Source: Ignavibacteria bacterium (GTDB lineage Bacteria; Bacteroidota; Ignavibacteria; UBA10030). Taken from it: DNA of 64,000 bases. The stretch lies in the NCBI GenBank assembly GCA_016873805.1, contig VGVZ01000005.1:59593-123592 (forward strand), read 5' to 3'. Each line of letters starts with the position of its first letter. The stretch's first letter is position 1. Position numbers and translations under genes: made by a program. The notes under the pieces are model-generated. The model searched no databases and was not told the DNA's origin. It saw only the letters and a program-made list of their open reading frames with translations. Positions 61,043 to 64,000 of this stretch are shown piece after piece.

Positions 61043-61581
61043 ACGAGCACAGCGGCATTCATCCTCTTGCCGCAAGCATCCGGAACATACCGGACTTTCC
61101 GAAGCCGGGAATTGTGTTCCGGGACATTACCACGCTTTGGAAAGATCCTTCTGCGTTCCGGGAGGTCGTCGAGATATTCGTTCGAAGATATCGTGGGGCG
61201 GGAATCGAGAAGATCGTCTGCGTGGAATCACGCGGATTCGTGTTTGGCGGGGCCCTCGCACAGGAACTCGGTGTCGGTCTGGTGCCCGTACGCAAGAAAG
61301 GAAAGCTTCCGTCGAAGACGATTCGAGCCCAATACGATCTGGAGTACGGAACGGACACGATCGAGATCCATGCGGATGCGATCACCCGGGGAGAGAAGAT
61401 TCTGATCCATGATGATCTCCTGGCAACAGGGGGGACGATTCAGGCAACGTGTGAACTTGTCGAGCAGTTGGGAGGAACGATCGTCGAAATTGCTTTCCTC
61501 ATGGAATTGAGTTTCCTCAAGGGACGGGATCGACTCAAGGGGAAAGAGATCTTTTCGATCATTCGCTATGATCACGAATAG
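61036..61581 (+). CDS. apt: Adenine phosphoribosyltransferase
   Basis: IPDFPKPGIVFRDIT, ESRGF, RKKGKLP, YDLEYG, HDDLLATGGT. Confidence 0.96.
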   Translation: MVNEHSGIHPLAASIRNIPDFPKPGIVFRDITTLWKDPSAFREVVEIFVRRYRGAGIEKIVCVESRGFVFGGALAQELGVGLVPVRKKGKLPSKTIRAQYDLEYGTDTIEIHADAITRGEKILIHDDLLATGGTIQATCELVEQLGGTIVEIAFLMELSFLKGRDRLKGKEIFSIIRYDHE

Positions 61582-61710
61582 TCTCGTCGCCGATACCGAA
61601 TCCAATTATCTTGATCAGCCCCAGCGGTGGGGCTGTTCGGTTTTCAGCGCAGGCGCAGAGGTCTTGCTCCACAAGACACAAGGCGATCCCGCCTCTTTAT
61701 CGGAGAGAGC

Positions 61711-63090
61711 ATGAAATTCAAGACAATCATTGAGCCGTTCAAAATAAAATCGATCGAACCGATACGGTCTACCACGCCGGAGGAGCGCGCACAATACCTG
61801 CGCGAGAGTCATTACAACGTCTTCTTGTTGAGAGCGGAAGACGTCTTGATCGATCTCCTCACCGACAGCGGAACGTCCGCCATGAGTTCTCACCAGTGGG
61901 CCGGAATCATGGATGGCGACGAAGCGTATGCGGGCTCGAAAAGCTTCTTTCGTTTTCAGCGGGTTGTCCAGGAATTGACAGGGATGAAGCATGTCATCCC
62001 GACTCATCAGGGCCGGGCGGCGGAAAAAATTCTCTTCACGATCACCGGCGGGAGCGGCAAGTTGGTTCCCAACAACACACACTTTGACACGACACGAGCG
62101 AACGTGGAGTACAGCGGTGCTCAGGCCATCGACTTCCCGACGGCCGAAGGGCGTCAACCCGATGTGATCGCCGACTTCAAAGGAAACATCGACCTTGCGC
62201 AATTGGAACGATTTATCGAGGAACGGGGAAAAGAAAACATCCCCCTCTGCATGATTACGGTTACAAACAATTCAGGGGGCGGCCAGCCTGTCTCCATGAG
62301 AAACATTCGTTCGGCAAAGGAGCTCTTATCAAAGTACGGCATTCCTCTCTTCCTTGATGCGTGCCGGTTTGCGGAAAATGCATTCTTCATCAAGAAGCGT
62401 GAACAGGGATACCACGACAAGACGGTACGAGAGATCGCCCGGGAAATGTTCTCGTATGCGGATGGATGCACGATGAGCGCGAAGAAGGATGGGCTTGTGA
62501 ATATGGGAGGATTTCTCGCGTTGAACGACGATCACCTCGCATCCCAGGCACGGAACATCCTCATTGTGACGGAAGGCTTTCCCACATACGGAGGTTTGTC
62601 GGGACGTGACCTCGAAGCGATCGCCCAAGGACTGGAGGAGGTGCTCGACGAAAATTACTTGACCTATCGCATCCGATCGGTCGAGTACTTGGGGGAGAAA
62701 CTTGTCGCAGCCGGCGTTCCGATTGTGCGCCCTCCCGGCGGGCATGCGGTCTATCTCGATGCCCGGGCGTTTGCGCCTCACATACCGCCTCACGAGTATC
62801 CGGGTCAGACGATTGTGTGTGAACTTTATCGACAGGGAGGAATCCGCGCCGTTGAGATTGGGAGTGTCATGTTTGGGAAGTACGATTCAACCGGAAACCT
62901 CGTTTCTCCGGCGATGGAACTGGTACGGCTGGCGATTCCGCGTCGCGTCTATACCCAAAGTCATATCGATTATGTTTCTGAAGTCGTTCAAGCGGTCTTT
63001 GAGGGACGGAAGCGCCTTAAGGGCTACAAGATTATTGAGGAAGCGCCGATCCTTCGTCATTTCACTGCGAAGTTTGAGCCGATCATATAG
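61711..63090 (+). CDS. tnaA: Tryptophanase
   Basis: EPFKIK, IDLLTDSGT, THQGRAAE, MSAKKDG PLP lysine; LRHFTA (His, tryptophanase rather than TPL). Confidence 0.9.
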   Translation: MKFKTIIEPFKIKSIEPIRSTTPEERAQYLRESHYNVFLLRAEDVLIDLLTDSGTSAMSSHQWAGIMDGDEAYAGSKSFFRFQRVVQELTGMKHVIPTHQGRAAEKILFTITGGSGKLVPNNTHFDTTRANVEYSGAQAIDFPTAEGRQPDVIADFKGNIDLAQLERFIEERGKENIPLCMITVTNNSGGGQPVSMRNIRSAKELLSKYGIPLFLDACRFAENAFFIKKREQGYHDKTVREIAREMFSYADGCTMSAKKDGLVNMGGFLALNDDHLASQARNILIVTEGFPTYGGLSGRDLEAIAQGLEEVLDENYLTYRIRSVEYLGEKLVAAGVPIVRPPGGHAVYLDARAFAPHIPPHEYPGQTIVCELYRQGGIRAVEIGSVMFGKYDSTGNLVSPAMELVRLAIPRRVYTQSHIDYVSEVVQAVFEGRKRLKGYKIIEEAPILRHFTAKFEPII

Positions 63091-63176
63091 TACCGCAATT
63101 CTCGAAGTGGCCGAATTCCTTTGCTTCGCGAGTACCTTCTTCATACATTGCGTCGGATTTTTGGAGCCCTGTTCGG

Positions 63177-63896
63177 ATGATCGTATGCCCGAGTTGCTCG
63201 ACGGAGAACGAAGACCTTGCCGTCGTTTGTCGATCATGCAAGGGATACCTGCAGAACCGTGTCGTGAATCTGGATCTCTTCACGACAGTCTGGGGCATCC
63301 TCGAATCTCCGCGATCTACATTTCGTCTTGTGGCGCTCTCGGAGCATAAGAACTATGCCCTCACCCTGCACGCCCTCTTCGGTATCGCCGTCATGTTCAC
63401 GATCTTCTGGTATCTGCGGCTGGGTGAAGTCTTCGGAGGACTCCTGGAGACGTTGATTTGGGGATCGCTTGCCGGGATCGCAATGGGGCTGCTGGGCGCT
63501 CCGCTCCTCGCGCTCGGGTACGTTCTGATTGCGCGGTTGCTTGGAGGGACAGCGAGCTTTCGAAATTCCCTCGCTCTGGTTGCCTATGCATCAGTTCCCA
63601 TTTGCCTGTCGCTGTTCACGGTTTTTCCTGTGGAACTGGTGACGTTCGGCATGTTTCTGTTCACGTCGAATCCGAGTCCTGCGGTCCTCAGTCCGGTTTC
63701 GTTCTATGTATTGGCCGGGCTGGATGCGATGTTGATGCTTTGGTCAATCATTCTGCTCGCCACGGCCACACGCACCGTTTCGAAATTGTCTTTTCCGAAA
63801 TCTCTGGCGCATGTGATCGTACTTGGCGGGCTCTATGTGGGCGGTCTCATCCTCCTTGCGCCGCTCTTCGTACAGTTTTTCGTTCTCATCGCATAG
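63177..63896 (+). CDS. Zinc-ribbon plus Yip1-like multi-pass membrane protein
   Basis: CPSC..CRSC at N-terminus, ILESPRSTF, AYASVP, several TMs; promoter TTGCTT-N17-TACATT at 63121-63149. Confidence 0.7.
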   Translation: MIVCPSCSTENEDLAVVCRSCKGYLQNRVVNLDLFTTVWGILESPRSTFRLVALSEHKNYALTLHALFGIAVMFTIFWYLRLGEVFGGLLETLIWGSLAGIAMGLLGAPLLALGYVLIARLLGGTASFRNSLALVAYASVPICLSLFTVFPVELVTFGMFLFTSNPSPAVLSPVSFYVLAGLDAMLMLWSIILLATATRTVSKLSFPKSLAHVIVLGGLYVGGLILLAPLFVQFFVLIA

Positions 63897-63906
63897 GGTG
63901 ACGGAA

Positions 63907-64000
63907 ATGGGAAGAGGTTTTCAGCTCTCGCGGGAAGAATTCGAAGAGATTGCGCAGCGCGCGTTCGACAGTCTGCCCGAAAGCATCACACACGAGATTG
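63907..64000 (+). CDS. Probable zincin-like metallopeptidase (DUF1025/Zincin_1), 3' truncated by window
   Basis: MGRGFQLSREEFEEIAQRAFDSLPESI resembles the family N-terminus. Confidence 0.55.
   Translation, partial: MGRGFQLSREEFEEIAQRAFDSLPESITHEI

Noticed and set aside
61711-63090. Tyrosine phenol-lyase
   Set aside because: C-terminal LRHFTA has His, the tryptophanase signature; TPL has LRFFTA.

Overview
Densely packed, mostly housekeeping bacterial chromosome segment. Gene content and order (cmk-ispH-rpsA, bshC, standalone PASTA protein, lolC/E pair) suggest the Bacteroidota/Chlorobiota/Ignavibacteria lineage (inference, no database search). It holds about 60 CDS, 3 tRNAs (Arg-CCT, Lys-TTT, Leu-GAG), the rimP-nusA-infB-rbfA-truB-ribF-rpsO-pnp cluster, a small glycan cluster, a nucleoside-salvage operon and a prfB with the classic +1 frameshift. 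I saw no transposase, prophage or CRISPR array. Main findings: (1) an archaeal-type HMG-CoA synthase/thiolase/DUF35 triad tightly coupled to a split AtuA (DUF1446) pair between aspS and prfB, in a genome that also has MEP genes (ispH, ispF) and a LiuC-like hydratase; (2) a TrpF homolog with its catalytic residues replaced; (3) a ~220-nt structured leader before tRNA-Arg containing a duplicated tRNA 5' end and nested palindromes; (4) a promoter-to-terminator ~80-nt candidate sRNA/attenuator with C-rich loops; (5) twelve promoters sharing TTGnnn-N17-(T/C)AYHTT.
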